Shown piece by piece: positions 23,651-24,914 of a stretch of 24,914 nt of DNA. The notes under the pieces were generated by a model. That model did no database searches. It was not told the DNA's origin and saw only the letters and a list, made by a program, of their open reading frames with translations. The stretch's first letter is position 1; each line of letters opens with the position of its first letter. Source of the DNA: an uncultured Erysipelotrichaceae bacterium (GTDB lineage: Bacteria > Bacillota_I > Bacilli_A > Erysipelotrichales > Erysipelotrichaceae); assembly GCA_902803275.1 (NCBI GenBank), contig CADCPE010000074.1, forward strand, positions 1 through 24,914, given 5' to 3'. The position numbers and the translations under genes are program-made.

Positions 23651-24914
23651 ATGAGCAATAAAACTTCCAAGATCGGTCAACAGTTCACCATGGCTTCCCT
23701 ATTGGCTTTTGCCCTGCCGGGCTTGCTGACCAACCTTTCGACAAGACTGTTTGAAACGCTTGATGATGCGCTTTTTGTTTCGCGCTTTGTCGGGCAGAAC
23801 GCTCTGGCTGGCATCAAGATCCTGATGCCGATCGATGGAATTGTCTTTGCGATCAGCCACATCTTCGGTCTGGGTGCCAGTACCTATGCAGCGACCGAGA
23901 TGGGCAGAGGAGACAAGGAGAATGCCAGCAGGATCTTTACCAGAATGGTCATCCTTTCCCTGATCTTCGGAAGTCTTCTGGCTGGAATGATGATCGTTTT
24001 TGATGATCAGATCCTGTATTTTCTTGGTGCTGATAACTCGATCATAAAATATACGGAAGTCTATATTGCGATCACTTTTCTGGCTTTGCCATTCAAGCTG
24101 GCATCGATGAGTTTTGGTGCTTTCTATTCAGCGGCCGGTAAGCCTTCAATGGGTCTTTTCAACAGTATCGCTTCGGGTATCGCCAACGTCATCATCGACT
24201 ATGTCGCAATCGTTGTCTTGAACATGGGTGTTTCAGGTGCCGGTTTCGCCACCAGCTTTGGACATGTCCTGACTTTTGCGATCGGTCTTTTTTTCTATCT
24301 GACAAACAAGAAGAGCGATATCCGCTTCGTCACGCCTGAGGGCGAATATCTGAAAACCCTGCTTGAATCTTTCCGTTTTGCCCTGGCTCAGTTTACAAAT
24401 TCTCTGACCATGAGCCTGACGATGTTTGTGGTAAACAGAACCGTCCTGTTTTATCTGGGAACCGATGGTCTTGCGGCCAGAGCGATCGTCAACGACCTGA
24501 GGCAGATCCTCAATGCCGCCTTCATCGGCTATGCCACGACCATCGGACCGATCATCGCTTATAACTTCGGTGCCGGTCGTACAAAAATGCTGAAAAGGAT
24601 CCTTGGGTATAACCTTAAGGTCTGGTTCTTTGGCTGTACCGGGATGATGATCCTTGGCCAGCTGCTGAAAAGACAGCTGATCATGCTGTTCATGAACCCG
24701 GAGACCTATACACAGTCCTTCTATGATCTGACCTACTATGGTCTTACTGTCGAGTTCTTTGCCCCGATCTTTACTGCCGGATGCATCATCATCAACAGAG
24801 TCTTTGTCGGCTTGAGTGCGCAAAAGGTCGCTACGATCCTATCCATATTAAGGAATTTTGTCTTCCGTTTAAGCATAACCTGGCTCTTGCCTGCCCTGTT
24901 TGGCGCTAAAGCCG
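23651..24914 (+). CDS. MATE-family efflux transporter (3' end outside window; absent from the ORF track)
   Basis: Manual translation from ATG 23651 is open to the window end: MSNKTSKIGQQFTMASLLAFALPG...DDALFVSRFVGQNALAG...NVIIDYVAIVVLNMGVSGAGFATS...PIIAYNFGAG. Many TM segments and the duplicated MatE pattern. Confidence 0.92.
   Translation, partial: MSNKTSKIGQQFTMASLLAFALPGLLTNLSTRLFETLDDALFVSRFVGQNALAGIKILMPIDGIVFAISHIFGLGASTYAATEMGRGDKENASRIFTRMVILSLIFGSLLAGMMIVFDDQILYFLGADNSIIKYTEVYIAITFLALPFKLASMSFGAFYSAAGKPSMGLFNSIASGIANVIIDYVAIVVLNMGVSGAGFATSFGHVLTFAIGLFFYLTNKKSDIRFVTPEGEYLKTLLESFRFALAQFTNSLTMSLTMFVVNRTVLFYLGTDGLAARAIVNDLRQILNAAFIGYATTIGPIIAYNFGAGRTKMLKRILGYNLKVWFFGCTGMMILGQLLKRQLIMLFMNPETYTQSFYDLTYYGLTVEFFAPIFTAGCIIINRVFVGLSAQKVATILSILRNFVFRLSITWLLPALFGAKA

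Noticed and set aside
1-24914. CRISPR arrays, IS/transposases, prophage genes, tRNA/rRNA, defence systems
   Set aside because: None seen: no regularly spaced repeats, integrase or transposase motifs, or cloverleaf-like segments in the intergenic regions inspected.

Overview
Chromosomal, mostly housekeeping window from a Firmicute. rpsD, ezrA and the gene order look Bacilli/Erysipelotrichales-like (inference by eye). No mobile element, CRISPR array, rRNA or tRNA was seen. Gene order: GH2 C-terminus (+, partial); rhodanese-thioredoxin lipoprotein (-); overlapped operon ezrA-iscS-thiI-pepP (-); rpsD (+); membrane GGDEF protein (-); HisJ-family PHP phosphatase (+); gmk (-); rlmA-like methyltransferase (+); PAS-PAS hybrid histidine kinase (+); rapZ-yvcK-whiA-SDR operon (-); uvrB (-); membrane protein with a His/Cys-rich C-terminus (-); lone rhaD (-); pepC (+); Fe-S aldo/keto reductase (+); MATE transporter (+, partial). 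The most notable points are three. (1) A lipoprotein fuses a rhodanese domain, a CxxC thioredoxin domain and a terminal CxxxC tail. (2) Two conserved genes are interrupted: ezrA by one in-frame TAG and uvrB by a 1-nt deletion; these are recent lesions or assembly errors. (3) Many genes have a -10 hexamer 5-8 nt before a start codon with no Shine-Dalgarno, suggesting widespread leaderless mRNAs. Several intergenic regions are structured. All calls come from manual motif recognition; no searches were run.
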